Part shown: piece after piece, positions 1 through 9,699 of the stretch
Position numbering within the stretch: position 1 is the first letter of the stretch
Layout: every line of letters starts with the position of its first letter
Virus record (IMG/VR): IMGVR_UViG_3300006120_000043
Span: 1-37,985 of that record
Reading direction: 5' to 3' (one strand)
Origin: a virus
Taxonomy: Duplodnaviria > Caudoviricetes
Length of the DNA: 37,985 nucleotides
Made by a program: the position numbers and the translations under genes
The notes under the pieces: model-generated
The model's input: only the letters and a program-made list of their open reading frames with translations
What the model was told of the DNA's origin: nothing
Database searches by the model: none

Positions 1-209
1 TTGTTTTGCTTTTGAATCTGTTGGCCTTCATACGTTGTGTATGCGGCGTCCAGTTGAGCCTGTGTGGGCTGTGCGCCCAACTTTTCTGTGTTCCAAGTCA
101 ATACTTGGTCTGGTTGGCCTTCAGGCTGACCAGTTTGGTAATCGCCGGGAGCGAAAGCAATGTTGTTGACTGTGAGATACGCAACGATGGTGTCGTTAAG
201 TGCTACCAT
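1..209 (-). CDS. Partial tail-associated protein (XkdW-like / tail fibre chaperone N-terminus), runs off the window
   Basis: Not in the ORF track. ATG at 209 with AGGAG RBS just upstream; reads MVALNDTIVAYLTVNNIAFAPGDYQTGQPEGQPDQVLTWNTEKLGAQPTQAQLDAAY with no stop before base 1; follows fibre genes on the same strand. Confidence 0.7.
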   Translation of the reverse strand, partial: MVALNDTIVAYLTVNNIAFAPGDYQTGQPEGQPDQVLTWNTEKLGAQPTQAQLDAAYTTYEGQQIQKQN

Positions 210-221
210 AATTAACTCCTA

Positions 222-1064
222 TTAAGATGAGATGCCGTAGAGGGATGCCGTGCCAGTAAGACCCGATGAACTTGTTTGAAAGTTAATTCTTATAGCAGTT
301 GCTAAAGAAGAGTTGGAAGTTAAACTTCCATTAATTCCATAATATCTTTGATAAGAATTTGTAATAGTTGCAGAATCTCCAACAAGATTAATTGCTCCAG
401 AATTATTAAAATTAGTAATAAGAAATTTCATAGAAGAATAAGTATTTGACGCATTAAGGTCATTTGCTGAAATGGCTATTCCATTACTAAATCCTTGTGA
501 ATTATCATTATCATAACTAGTTCCAGCAGTACCTGTCCCAACAGCGTTATAGTTATAAACGCGAGTAAAATGATAACCAGAAGTTACCCAAGTTGTACTT
601 CCTGTTCCAAATTGAACAATTAAAAAACTTGCCGTTCCTACACAATACAAATTTTCAACAACAAGAAAATATTTGTCGTAGCCAGATAATCCTGTCCAAG
701 TCGGCAATCCATTTGTAACAGTTTGAGTACTAATTAAAGTCATAGCGCCAGCAGCAGGTGTAGCCCATTGCAAAGACGAACCATTTGATTGCAAGAATTG
801 ACCGTTAGTACCAACAGAAGTCAATCCAGTACCGCCAGCACCAGTTCCCAATGTCCCCCATGTAGGTGATGCGCCAGAACCAGCAGACAACAAAGGTTGA
901 CCACTAGTACCGTAAGCCGGAGTGGAGCCTACACCAACAGCGCCAGATGTGTTGAGTTGCAGAGCTTGTGTCGTTCCATTGGTTTGGAAGATTAAGTTGC
1001 CCGTTGTATCAGCAGTCTGGACTAATGCCGTTGTGCTGGTTGTTCCTGCTGCAATAGTGCTCAT
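222..1064 (-). CDS. Tail fibre / fibre-distal virion protein
   Basis: Gly/Thr/Ser-rich 280 aa, GGTG fibre repeats, C-terminal beta-rich domain ending SLYGISS; abuts the collagen fibre gene. Confidence 0.7.
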   Translation of the reverse strand: MSTIAAGTTSTTALVQTADTTGNLIFQTNGTTQALQLNTSGAVGVGSTPAYGTSGQPLLSAGSGASPTWGTLGTGAGGTGLTSVGTNGQFLQSNGSSLQWATPAAGAMTLISTQTVTNGLPTWTGLSGYDKYFLVVENLYCVGTASFLIVQFGTGSTTWVTSGYHFTRVYNYNAVGTGTAGTSYDNDNSQGFSNGIAISANDLNASNTYSSMKFLITNFNNSGAINLVGDSATITNSYQRYYGINGSLTSNSSLATAIRINFQTSSSGLTGTASLYGISS

Positions 1065-3329
1065 TTAAATTACCACCCATCTTTGACCAGAAGTAACCGT
1101 TACTGAATTACCGCTGTTAATTGTTACAGGACCAACAGAAAAACCATTTTGACCGCTAACAATAGTTAAATTAGAAGAAACGGTTGTAAGGTTATAAACA
1201 ATAGGAGCAACAGCGCCACTAGGAGCGGCCCATGATGCTGTTGTGCCATTGCTTGTTAAAACAGTTCCATTTGTGCCAACAGAAGTTAATCCTGTACCAC
1301 CATTAGCAATACCAAGAGTTCCTGATAATGTGATAGCGCCTGTTGTGCTTGTGCTAGGTGTAAAGCCTGTTGTGCCAGCACTAAAAGACGTTACACCGCC
1401 AGTAGATGCTGCCCAAGTAGCAGTAGTTCCATTAGAGGTAAGAACATAGCCATTAGTGCCAATGCCCAAACGTGTGGCGCTGTTTGCGCCGTTGCCAATA
1501 ATTAAATCACCGGCTGTTGTAATAGGCGATAAAGCATTAAATCCAGCAGCAGCAGTTGTTTGACCTGTGCCGCCGTAACCTATACCAATAGCATTACCAT
1601 TCCATGTACCGTTTGTATATGAACCAGCCCAGTTCAACGTGTTAGTTGACCAACTTGCATTAGAAGGTGGCGAATTATGGTAATCCCACGAACCTGCTGC
1701 GCTTGAATTATTCAGCAAAACAACCGTAATATACGAACCAGATTGCACCGTGGCAATAGTAGTCGCAGAGTTATTTTGAATAACAATTGTGCCGCTTGAT
1801 TGATTATTGTTAAACGTAAACGTAGCGCCAGCAGGTAGCGTAGTTGCATTAGGCAACTGAATTGTTTGACCACCAGAACCACTAATAGCCCAATTTTGTA
1901 CAGAAGCAGCAGTAAGCGTTAATGTTGTGCCGCTTGCAGCTTGGCTTGTATAACCTTCAAACAAACAATTTGTTGTTAGGTTTTTATTCGCATCAAATAC
2001 CGGAATGCCATTAGCTACGTTTATAGAGTAACTTGTACCCCAAGCCGTACCAGTTGAGTTAGCAATACCAGCAGCAGGATAAACAGTAGGACCTTGACTG
2101 CCAGTTGGACCGGTAGGACCAGCTACTGTCGATGCTGCGCCTGTCGGTCCAGTAGGACCTGTGCTTCCTGTAGAACCAGTAGGTCCGGTTGGCCCGATTG
2201 CTCCAGTTGTTCCTGTTGGTCCAGTTGGCCCAATTGCACCAGTACTGCCAGTAGGCCCTGTAGGGCCAATAGCACCTGTATTTCCAGTAGGACCTGTTGG
2301 TCCAATAGCTCCGGTTGTTCCAGTAGGGCCTGTAGGACCTGTATTGCCTTGTGTTCCCTGTGCGCCAGTAGGACCCGTTGGACCATTAGCACCAGCAGTA
2401 CCTGTAGGACCTGTTGGGCCTTGAGGACCGGCAGCACCGTTTAAGTTAACAGTCCAAGAGGAATAAGTGCCAAGACCAACAAAACCTGTAATGTTAGCAA
2501 CCAGAGCGCCTGTACTAGCGTTATAGCTTGTAACAGTACCAACCATATAGTTGCTACCGTTATATGCAATGATTAAAGGTTGACCTACGGTATATGAAAG
2601 TCCTGTGCCAACAGTTAAACTTTGTGAACCAAGACCAATAGTAAGAGTTGTTGTGCTAGTTGTAGCATATAAGCTACCTTGAGCGCCGGTAGGACCTGTA
2701 GGACCTGTGTTACCTGTTGTGCCTGTGCTGCCTGTCGGACCTGTAGGTCCAGTATTACCCACCGCACCTTGCGTACCCGTTGGTCCTGTAGGACCTGTGT
2801 TGCCTTGAATACCTTGAGCGCCAGTAGGACCCGTTGGCCCTGTTAAACCTGTGCTGCCTTGTGATCCTGTAGGCCCAGTAGGACCAACTACACCTTGAGT
2901 GCCTTGAGCGCCTGTAGGCCCAGTAGGGCCAGTAATACCTGTAGCGCCTTGCGTACCAGTTGGACCTGTAGGACCAGCGTTACCTTGTGCGCCAGTAGGA
3001 CCTGTAGCACCAACAGACCCTGTAGGGCCTTGAATACCTTGTGTTCCAGTAGGTCCGGTAGGTCCAACAACACCTTGACTACCAGTAGAACCTGTAGGTC
3101 CGGTTGGCCCTTGAATACCTTGCGAACCTGTGGGTCCAGTAGGTCCTGTAGCGCCAGTAGGACCGGCAACAGTTGAAGGTGAACCGGTAGGACCTGTTGG
3201 GCCAGTTGGTCCAGTAGGACCAGTTACGCCAAAGTTGACTGTTGCACCGTAAAGGCTGACTGACTCAGCGCCAGGGCTGGCAATAACAGCATTGTTGGAT
3301 GAATTGCCATATAAACCGCTTGTAGCCAT
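1065..3329 (-). CDS. Collagen-like (Gly-X-Y) tail fibre protein
   Basis: 754 aa with two long GPT-rich triplet blocks separated by a small globular domain, then GGTG fibre repeats and a C-terminal ...[12 protein letters not shown] motif. Confidence 0.85.
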   Translation of the reverse strand: MATSGLYGNSSNNAVIASPGAESVSLYGATVNFGVTGPTGPTGPTGPTGSPSTVAGPTGATGPTGPTGSQGIQGPTGPTGSTGSQGVVGPTGPTGTQGIQGPTGSVGATGPTGAQGNAGPTGPTGTQGATGITGPTGPTGAQGTQGVVGPTGPTGSQGSTGLTGPTGPTGAQGIQGNTGPTGPTGTQGAVGNTGPTGPTGSTGTTGNTGPTGPTGAQGSLYATTSTTTLTIGLGSQSLTVGTGLSYTVGQPLIIAYNGSNYMVGTVTSYNASTGALVANITGFVGLGTYSSWTVNLNGAAGPQGPTGPTGTAGANGPTGPTGAQGTQGNTGPTGPTGTTGAIGPTGPTGNTGAIGPTGPTGSTGAIGPTGPTGTTGAIGPTGPTGSTGSTGPTGPTGAASTVAGPTGPTGSQGPTVYPAAGIANSTGTAWGTSYSINVANGIPVFDANKNLTTNCLFEGYTSQAASGTTLTLTAASVQNWAISGSGGQTIQLPNATTLPAGATFTFNNNQSSGTIVIQNNSATTIATVQSGSYITVVLLNNSSAAGSWDYHNSPPSNASWSTNTLNWAGSYTNGTWNGNAIGIGYGGTGQTTAAAGFNALSPITTAGDLIIGNGANSATRLGIGTNGYVLTSNGTTATWAASTGGVTSFSAGTTGFTPSTSTTGAITLSGTLGIANGGTGLTSVGTNGTVLTSNGTTASWAAPSGAVAPIVYNLTTVSSNLTIVSGQNGFSVGPVTINSGNSVTVTSGQRWVVI
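2085..2438 (-). repeat. Collagen triplet repeat block 2 (GPTGPTGxTGAI units)
   Basis: Degenerate 9-bp/36-bp coding repeats. Confidence 0.9.
2676..3230 (-). repeat. Collagen triplet repeat block 1 (GPTGPTGxQG units)
   Basis: Degenerate 9-bp coding repeats. Confidence 0.9.
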
Positions 3330-3333
3330 TTAA

Positions 3334-4320
3334 TCACCTAAAAGAATAACGGTAGTCACGAGGCTGATATTCAGAAGTCAAATGCTGATCGCCGCCATGC
3401 CATTTATCTTTGAAGTTCTGGTCTTCAATCAAGCCGTAAGCATCATCAAACTCTGCTTCCCACTTAGCAGCTTCTTCATTGTTCTTATTCTTGCTGTAGT
3501 AAGCCCACAAAGTGCCGTACAAATAACCTTCAGGGAATGAAGCCAGCACAGCGTTGCTCATCACAATAGGATAAGTGCTGCTTTGTGTCGGGCTAAACAA
3601 GAATGGGAATGTGCGAATGTAATACGCATTGATTACAACGCCAGCGCCAGGGCTAGGAGTAAACACATAGTTAGGACCAACTTCAGAGAACGAAGCGCGA
3701 ATAACACGAGGCACGCCAAAAGGCTTGACGTACAACTGGTCAATCATCTTACGGCGAATGATTTCGCGGTCACCAACACGGTCATAAATGATCCAAGGAC
3801 CCATGTTGGCTTGTGGCGTTCCTGGTGTTACTGAGCTATTAGGTGTTTGTTGGAAAAACAAAATAGGCCAGTTCATGTCAGCCGGAATAGCCGCCATACC
3901 TTGAGCATCAGTAGTCAGCGTAGTAGGATTTGTAGCGTCATAAGGATTTGTACGCAGAGCAGGTAGCTCACAAGTACGCATCTTTAGCTCGCAGAGCTGA
4001 ATACACGACAGAATCTCAGAAATTACGTTAGACGGCAACTTAACAATAGTTGTAGGCAACGTGGCCGCCGCCCATACGCCATCAGGATCATTAACAGTAA
4101 TTGTGCTACCAGAAACAGCAGTAACAAGGGTAAAAGGCCCCATTGTTGAATTGCTAATAAAGTCGCCAACAGCAATACCAGTAACAGAAGCACTTGCTGT
4201 AATAACAAAAGTTGTAGCATTAAAGCTACTAGCTGTGCTGGTTGTAGAAACAGGAATAGCGCCCACCCAAGAAGCCACACGACTTACTAGCACGTTTGCT
4301 GATTGGATAAAGCTTGCCAT
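3334..4320 (-). CDS. Head-tail adaptor protein (podovirus type)
   Basis: Position after the capsid gene; C-terminal 'PEGYLYGTLWAYY...A.KW...F..A' pattern typical of phage adaptor proteins. Confidence 0.65.
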   Translation of the reverse strand: MASFIQSANVLVSRVASWVGAIPVSTTSTASSFNATTFVITASASVTGIAVGDFISNSTMGPFTLVTAVSGSTITVNDPDGVWAAATLPTTIVKLPSNVISEILSCIQLCELKMRTCELPALRTNPYDATNPTTLTTDAQGMAAIPADMNWPILFFQQTPNSSVTPGTPQANMGPWIIYDRVGDREIIRRKMIDQLYVKPFGVPRVIRASFSEVGPNYVFTPSPGAGVVINAYYIRTFPFLFSPTQSSTYPIVMSNAVLASFPEGYLYGTLWAYYSKNKNNEEAAKWEAEFDDAYGLIEDQNFKDKWHGGDQHLTSEYQPRDYRYSFR

Positions 4321-4329
4321 TTGCTGTCC

Positions 4330-4842
4330 TTACTTGGTAGGAATGATTGGATTATATGGTAAAGGTATCTTGCCAGTAGGATGACATACGAAGTCTGAGT
4401 AATATGTATTAACAATCGCGTAGAACAAAATCTTGTCTTTTTTGTCCAGCTTAATTAAATCCCAAGGACGATTGTTAAACCACTTATTGCTTATCTCGTA
4501 TGCAAAGCATTTAGGCAGCTCCATAGCATGAAATGTGCCAGCAAAAAAGGGATTATCAGTACCATATTTTTGATAAAACTCTCTGCGCTCTTTGCAAAAC
4601 TGACGCATGGCTTCCACGTTATCTTGTTCGTATTGAATGTAACGCTCACCATCTTGACCGCCAATTTTGTACTTGATGTGGCCGTCTTTATGAGTAAAGG
4701 TCTGCGACCAGTTACCTGACTTAACCTCATTAAAAAGTTTATCGTTTCTACGAAGTACGCCATCAATGCCAGCTTCAAGCTGACCCTTCATAAAGTAGTC
4801 TTCGTTTAGACGTGCTTCTTCATTATTGAGGTTCAATTCCAT
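4330..4842 (-). CDS. Hypothetical head-region protein
   Basis: 170 aa ORF with GGAG RBS between capsid and adaptor genes. Confidence 0.75.
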   Translation of the reverse strand: MELNLNNEEARLNEDYFMKGQLEAGIDGVLRRNDKLFNEVKSGNWSQTFTHKDGHIKYKIGGQDGERYIQYEQDNVEAMRQFCKERREFYQKYGTDNPFFAGTFHAMELPKCFAYEISNKWFNNRPWDLIKLDKKDKILFYAIVNTYYSDFVCHPTGKIPLPYNPIIPTK

Positions 4843-4857
4843 ACTTTTCTCCAGGAG

Positions 4858-4907
4858 TTTTCTAAAGGACTCTAAGAATACTTTAGAAAAGCCCCGGAGG
4901 GCCTTTC
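4858..4907 (-). terminator. Overlapping hairpins downstream of the capsid gene (terminator/attenuator-like)
   Basis: Minus strand GAAAGGCCC-TCC-GGGGCTTTTC overlaps a second inverted repeat TTTTCTAAAG...CTTTAGAAAA. Confidence 0.55.
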
Positions 4908-4913
4908 CAGTTA

Positions 4914-6071
4914 TTACGCTTGGTAGCGTTTAACTTGTGCGCTCGGACGAGGTGTAGTAACCAAAGTGTTCGAGGGTGTGATAGCGGCCAAAACAGCAAC
5001 GCCAGCAGGGTTACGAACAATCAATGTACCTTCCATGATGTATTGATCCAAGGAAGCGTCAGCGTTAGAGAACACTTCGTTGTTAGGACCAAGTTCACGC
5101 AAGCTACCCCATTGAACGACATCAGGGTTCAGGAACAAGATGCTGGTGTTATCAGCACCAGTTTGATCCATGATCCAGTTGTCATCGATTTGGTAGGTGT
5201 AGTTGAAGTCACCTTCGTAAGTACCAATCGTGTCACCCTTGTCAGCAGGGTTAAAACGGTTAATCGAACGCGATTGAGCAATGTTGTCCGAAATGTAGGT
5301 ACGTTGCGACACGGGGGCCATGATGTTGGTAATCTTGGCGTTGAAACGCTGTTCAGCAACAGTCACGAGTTGTTTGTACAACACGGGGCTGAAAGCTTGC
5401 AATGTTTCGTTAGAACCGAAGCTGAAATAACCCAAACCAGCGTTAGACAACACACCGTTGAAAGGAGTGTTAGTGTCAACAGCGGTAGTGGTGTCATTGC
5501 TGTCGGAAGCAGCCAAGTTCAACACGGAAGTTCCGTCAGTATCGTTGCCCGAACGTGTACCAGCGAAAGAATACAGCGAACCAAAACGGCGACCGTTGTT
5601 GGGGCTGGAAGCTTGGCTAGACGATTGACCAGAGTACTTGATGGAAGCGCCGTCAGCACGAACCATTTGCAACTCAACGTCAAACATGATTTCAGTCAAT
5701 TGCTTGACTTCTTGGTAAGCTTGGGGATCGCCACCAGCTTGTTCAACGGCACGAGCAGTACCTGTAGCGCCAATCACGGTCGTGAAAATTTGAGTGTAGT
5801 TACCCAAGTTAGCACGGGTGTTGGAATCAGCCAAAGATGCTGTAACAGATGCACCTTCCAAAGCTGCATTCAGGTTAGGCGTACGGAAATAATCGATAGG
5901 CCAAATGTGCAGAGTAGAGTTGATCTTACGTTTTTTGCTCATAGCCATGTTAGTAACAGGCGTACGATCTTTAACGTAGTTGGAAACGGTCAAGTCGAGG
6001 TCTTTGACAACGATATCGGTTTGGTACGGGCCATTGCCGTTACCAAGCGTGGTAGAGGTAATAGTAGACAT
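4914..6071 (-). CDS. Major capsid protein (DUF5309/SU10-like, HK97 fold)
   Basis: 385 aa; 'NYTQIF', 'TARAV..AG' and 'EGTLIVRNP' motifs; follows scaffold; strong AGGAG RBS and biased codon use. Confidence 0.9.
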   Translation of the reverse strand: MSTITSTTLGNGNGPYQTDIVVKDLDLTVSNYVKDRTPVTNMAMSKKRKINSTLHIWPIDYFRTPNLNAALEGASVTASLADSNTRANLGNYTQIFTTVIGATGTARAVEQAGGDPQAYQEVKQLTEIMFDVELQMVRADGASIKYSGQSSSQASSPNNGRRFGSLYSFAGTRSGNDTDGTSVLNLAASDSNDTTTAVDTNTPFNGVLSNAGLGYFSFGSNETLQAFSPVLYKQLVTVAEQRFNAKITNIMAPVSQRTYISDNIAQSRSINRFNPADKGDTIGTYEGDFNYTYQIDDNWIMDQTGADNTSILFLNPDVVQWGSLRELGPNNEVFSNADASLDQYIMEGTLIVRNPAGVAVLAAITPSNTLVTTPRPSAQVKRYQA

Positions 6072-6096
6072 TAAAAACTCCTAAAATTTAAAAAGG

Positions 6097-7209
6097 TTAT
6101 TTACGTTTTTTAGACGCGATAAATGTAGCCAAAAGGTCTCGCGTAGCGGCCTTATCGCCTTTAGCAGCACGTTTTTGAAGTTCTTCAGCCTGTGTATCAG
6201 CAGCAGTTTTAGCTTTACCTGTTTGACGGCTTGCAGCGGCCAATGAGCCACCAGCATTTCGTACGGTTGGACCATCACGGAATTTCATACCGTCACGAAT
6301 CAACCCCAACAAGTATTCATCACTAGAAACCAAATCAAGGTTTGGCACACCAGGGATATAGCTACTCTTTGCGCCTTTCCAATCCTTTTCCAACCGTTCA
6401 CGAAGTTCGTTAAAGTTGGCTTTGTTGGCTAATTCTTTATCACTAAAACTTTGACGAGCTTTTTCGAGAGTTTCTTTTACAAAACTTGCTCGTTGATTAA
6501 AGAAATTCTCAACTTTAGGACGGTTACTACGAATAAATTCAGACTTTTCTTCAATCAGTTCTGCGTTTTGCTTAATAGCAGCACGAGCTTCTGCTTGTTT
6601 TACTGGGTCTGTTGCGCTATTCAGGATTTGCGTCCATTGCTGGTTATAGCCTTGGAGAGTTACTAGGTCGTTAGCAGCATTTTCAAGCTGCGGAACCATA
6701 GTCAACTCTAAACCAATTTGCAATCCATCAAGCTCACTTCTTCGCTTGGCTTCATACTCTTCAAAATCGGCACGTTCGGCTTTAAGCTTACGCGCATTTT
6801 CATGGATAGCACTTCCTTGTCCAAGAATGGCGGCTGCCCGTTCAGCGGTAAGTTTAATTACCCCACCTTCGGCATCCTTATTAGGGATTTCAATGATGGC
6901 TTTAGGGTTGGCTTTGGCAAACTCAAGAAAGTTTACGGAATCACTTACAGCTTCGCTGGGTTCTTCTGCGCTTTCAAGTTCTGCGCCTTCTTCAGACTCA
7001 GTTGAACTACCTTCAGGTTCGGCTCCCTCTTCAGGAGTCGCCTCGGGGGATTCGGCTTTCGCTTCCTCTTGTCCCGCTGGTGGCGGCTCGGCTCCTTCAA
7101 CCCTCGGATTGTTACGCTTGTTAGCGGCAATCATCGAGGCGATAGAGTCGGCAAGATTAACACTACCAGTTTGCTCAGGGGCGGCTGCGGTTGCAGTTAC
7201 GTCTGACAT
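6097..7209 (-). CDS. Capsid scaffolding protein
   Basis: Acidic disordered N-terminus, coiled coil, basic C-terminal tip; immediately upstream of the capsid gene. Confidence 0.8.
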   Translation of the reverse strand: MSDVTATAAAPEQTGSVNLADSIASMIAANKRNNPRVEGAEPPPAGQEEAKAESPEATPEEGAEPEGSSTESEEGAELESAEEPSEAVSDSVNFLEFAKANPKAIIEIPNKDAEGGVIKLTAERAAAILGQGSAIHENARKLKAERADFEEYEAKRRSELDGLQIGLELTMVPQLENAANDLVTLQGYNQQWTQILNSATDPVKQAEARAAIKQNAELIEEKSEFIRSNRPKVENFFNQRASFVKETLEKARQSFSDKELANKANFNELRERLEKDWKGAKSSYIPGVPNLDLVSSDEYLLGLIRDGMKFRDGPTVRNAGGSLAAASRQTGKAKTAADTQAEELQKRAAKGDKAATRDLLATFIASKKRK

Positions 7210-7212
7210 ATT

Positions 7213-7545
7213 TTATACCTTTTCCTTAGCTTTCAATTTTTCATTTAATACATTAGATAAATGTTCGGTTTTCTCGGTAAATACGACAAAATCACGAACA
7301 CCTGCTATGTAATACGACAATTCAATACGTTCAGCATCTGTTTTTACATCTTCTAACTGTGACAACACAGAAAAACGATACAGATTGAACAACAATGCAA
7401 AATCTTCATTCTTGAGTAATCTAGCAGCACAAGCAGCATTGTCAATAATCAGTTGATGCCTCGTTTGTGATGCACGAGTATCAATGTCTGCTGCCCTTGT
7501 GCGGCGATTAAAGTAATCCCTGATATTCAATACTAGGCTTTTCAT
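7213..7545 (-). CDS. Small conserved-type protein between portal and scaffold
   Basis: 110 aa helical ORF at a position commonly occupied in podoviruses. Confidence 0.7.
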   Translation of the reverse strand: MKSLVLNIRDYFNRRTRAADIDTRASQTRHQLIIDNAACAARLLKNEDFALLFNLYRFSVLSQLEDVKTDAERIELSYYIAGVRDFVVFTEKTEHLSNVLNEKLKAKEKV

Positions 7546-7546
7546 A

Positions 7547-9697
7547 TCATTCCATTTCTACAGCTTTTACCTTGTTTTCTTGTGCGGCTTTAAAGACCAT
7601 CGCATTATCAAAATCGATGTTTTGCGTCTTTCTTACAATCATAGCTGTATCAGCCTGATCTTTTTGTGCTTTAGCTTGATTCAACGCCACTTTGCTACTG
7701 ATTTCTTGCTGTTCAGGAGTAGGCGGTTTTTGTGAGTTGGCTTGCATAATTTTGACAGCTTCGTCCATTGTGGGCAGATAGCTATCAATGTTTTTAACGC
7801 CCAACACACGCAACGTGTCTTCGTAAGGACGGCGCAACTTCTCAAACATTTCAGGGCAAGATTGAGGAACTTGCATCATGGCCGCAGCAAACTCAGTCTG
7901 AGCCGCTGTAATCATCTTTTGACGGGTCAAACGGTTTTCATCAGACATAAAACCCAGCGCCAAGTCGATGTTAATCATTTTGCGGTCAATAAACTCATAG
8001 TTCTCAACCGACATGGCATCCATAAATGGCTTGCCTTCAGCGCAATGGTGAGCCAGTTGCTGGATGTTGTAATCATCAGCATACTGAATCATGGTTTTCC
8101 ACACCAAATAGATCGCATCGCGTAATCCAATGGCGCAGTTCTTGACCATTTCGTCTTGAATCAGTTGGTTTGGACCCATAGCCAATTGCAACTTGTAACC
8201 GCTGTTGCCATCTTTCATGACTTCAGGGTTCAGCACATCGCTTGGCGAGGTCATGCCAATCAAAGCCATCTTATCGGCCTCAAAACGCTCCATAGCGCTT
8301 TGAACGTAGCCAAGGTTACCCTGCATAGGTGCAAACTCAAAAACGTGCTTGGCGGGGTCAAATTTGCGATCCAGAATAAACATGGCGCTGACACCACGTT
8401 GAATTTCTTCTGCATCCACAAACTCAGGGTTTACACCAATGCGAGGTGTAGACGATTGCATGGCAAATGCCATTTCAGCACGAGCAATCGAGGTCGAATA
8501 TTCTTGCAAAGGCACAAGGCGCTCTGCCATTGAGTAGCCAAAGAAGTTGCCCACGATTGGCTTGGGGCACATATTAGCAAGCGGAATAAAGTCTACTTGT
8601 TTCGCGTAAATAACGTAGGAACCCGAGAAACAGCATTCGACAAGCTCTTCTTCGCCATCGTCATCAATATCGCGGCGCAACCAAGCGTAAGTAAGCATGA
8701 CCACGCGAGAGTAACGGTCAGCACCTTGTGAGGCAATGACACCTTGACCTGGGACGGGTGTCGAATCTCTTGCATGGAGCGCCAAATCGTTTTCCAAAGC
8801 GCCAGCCTGATATGCGCCAGCAGGACCATAGGCAGCATGGTCAGCAAACTGCTCAAGATCAATATACGGGTGAAGTAACTTGGCTTCATGGATCGTCATT
8901 GGCTCATAAAAACCGCAGAAATCCTGCATCTCAATTGTAGGAATCGTTGGGTTACACACAAAATAGTGCTGGGCAACGTGCTTAATCTTGATGTTGGTTG
9001 AATAGCCTGTCAGCTTGTACTTAGCACGATATACGGTGTTGTCTTTGAGCGATGCGTTGATTTGTTGAGCGGCATTACCACCTTGCATGGCTTGTTGCAA
9101 AGCTTGACCGACTTGAACGTCAATCTTTTCCTTATCTTGCAACTTAGGTGTAAGACCTTTGTCAGCAGCCATTGTTTCAAACACGCGGAGCTGATCCAAA
9201 GTACCGTCAACTTCTTTGTATTGAACAATTTGCTCACGGATGGGCGTAACCATCACGATACCGTTTTTGTGCAACAGGCTGTCTTGCGCCCAATCACGAA
9301 TGATTTGGTAAGAATTGTTTTTACTGTTGATAAAGTACTTAACCATGTCAGTCGCTTGTTCGGACTGAATGGTGTCGTCTTCTGTAAAGCGTTCAAACTC
9401 AAAGTTAACCTTGCCATCGGGCATCAGGCACTTAGTAATCACGGCTGTGGCGTAATCAATGCCAGGAGTAACAACTGGATGGATGTAATCAATACCGCGA
9501 ACAGGTTCTGTCGAGTTGGCGACAGGAATTTGCAAATAATGGTAGTCGGAAAAGCGGTTGTAAGTGTTTTTTGATTGAGTCAGCCGCAGGTAATCAACCA
9601 TTTTGACGTAAATCTCATGCGCTACCCGCTCGGTCAGACCGCGATGGCCTGATTCGCTAGACAGGTTTTGGATGATTACGTTTTGCTTGTCAAACAT
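7547..9697 (-). CDS. Portal protein
   Basis: 716 aa directly after TerL; 'DSLLHKNGIV' and 'FFGYSMAE' motifs, long C-terminal helix as in P22/SU10-like portals. Confidence 0.9.
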   Translation of the reverse strand: MFDKQNVIIQNLSSESGHRGLTERVAHEIYVKMVDYLRLTQSKNTYNRFSDYHYLQIPVANSTEPVRGIDYIHPVVTPGIDYATAVITKCLMPDGKVNFEFERFTEDDTIQSEQATDMVKYFINSKNNSYQIIRDWAQDSLLHKNGIVMVTPIREQIVQYKEVDGTLDQLRVFETMAADKGLTPKLQDKEKIDVQVGQALQQAMQGGNAAQQINASLKDNTVYRAKYKLTGYSTNIKIKHVAQHYFVCNPTIPTIEMQDFCGFYEPMTIHEAKLLHPYIDLEQFADHAAYGPAGAYQAGALENDLALHARDSTPVPGQGVIASQGADRYSRVVMLTYAWLRRDIDDDGEEELVECCFSGSYVIYAKQVDFIPLANMCPKPIVGNFFGYSMAERLVPLQEYSTSIARAEMAFAMQSSTPRIGVNPEFVDAEEIQRGVSAMFILDRKFDPAKHVFEFAPMQGNLGYVQSAMERFEADKMALIGMTSPSDVLNPEVMKDGNSGYKLQLAMGPNQLIQDEMVKNCAIGLRDAIYLVWKTMIQYADDYNIQQLAHHCAEGKPFMDAMSVENYEFIDRKMINIDLALGFMSDENRLTRQKMITAAQTEFAAAMMQVPQSCPEMFEKLRRPYEDTLRVLGVKNIDSYLPTMDEAVKIMQANSQKPPTPEQQEISSKVALNQAKAQKDQADTAMIVRKTQNIDFDNAMVFKAAQENKVKAVEME

Positions 9698-9699
9698 TG

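Noticed and set aside
6-215. Plus-strand 69-aa ORF
   Set aside because: The opposite strand carries a better ORF with an RBS that fits the tail operon
2094-3176. Repetitive alternative-frame and antisense ORFs ([12 protein letters not shown] types)
   Set aside because: Shadows of the collagen repeat
2085-3230. Possible CRISPR or VNTR array
   Set aside because: Repeats vary at third codon positions and have no unique spacers; they are coding Gly-X-Y repeats
222-3329. Diversity-generating retroelement or invertible fibre cassette
   Set aside because: No reverse transcriptase, invertase or template/variable repeat pair seen in the window
4920-6074. 384-aa antisense ORF covering the capsid gene
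   Set aside because: It is in codon register with the capsid gene, so it stays open simply because this highly expressed gene avoids TTA, CTA and TCA; no RBS or recognisable domain
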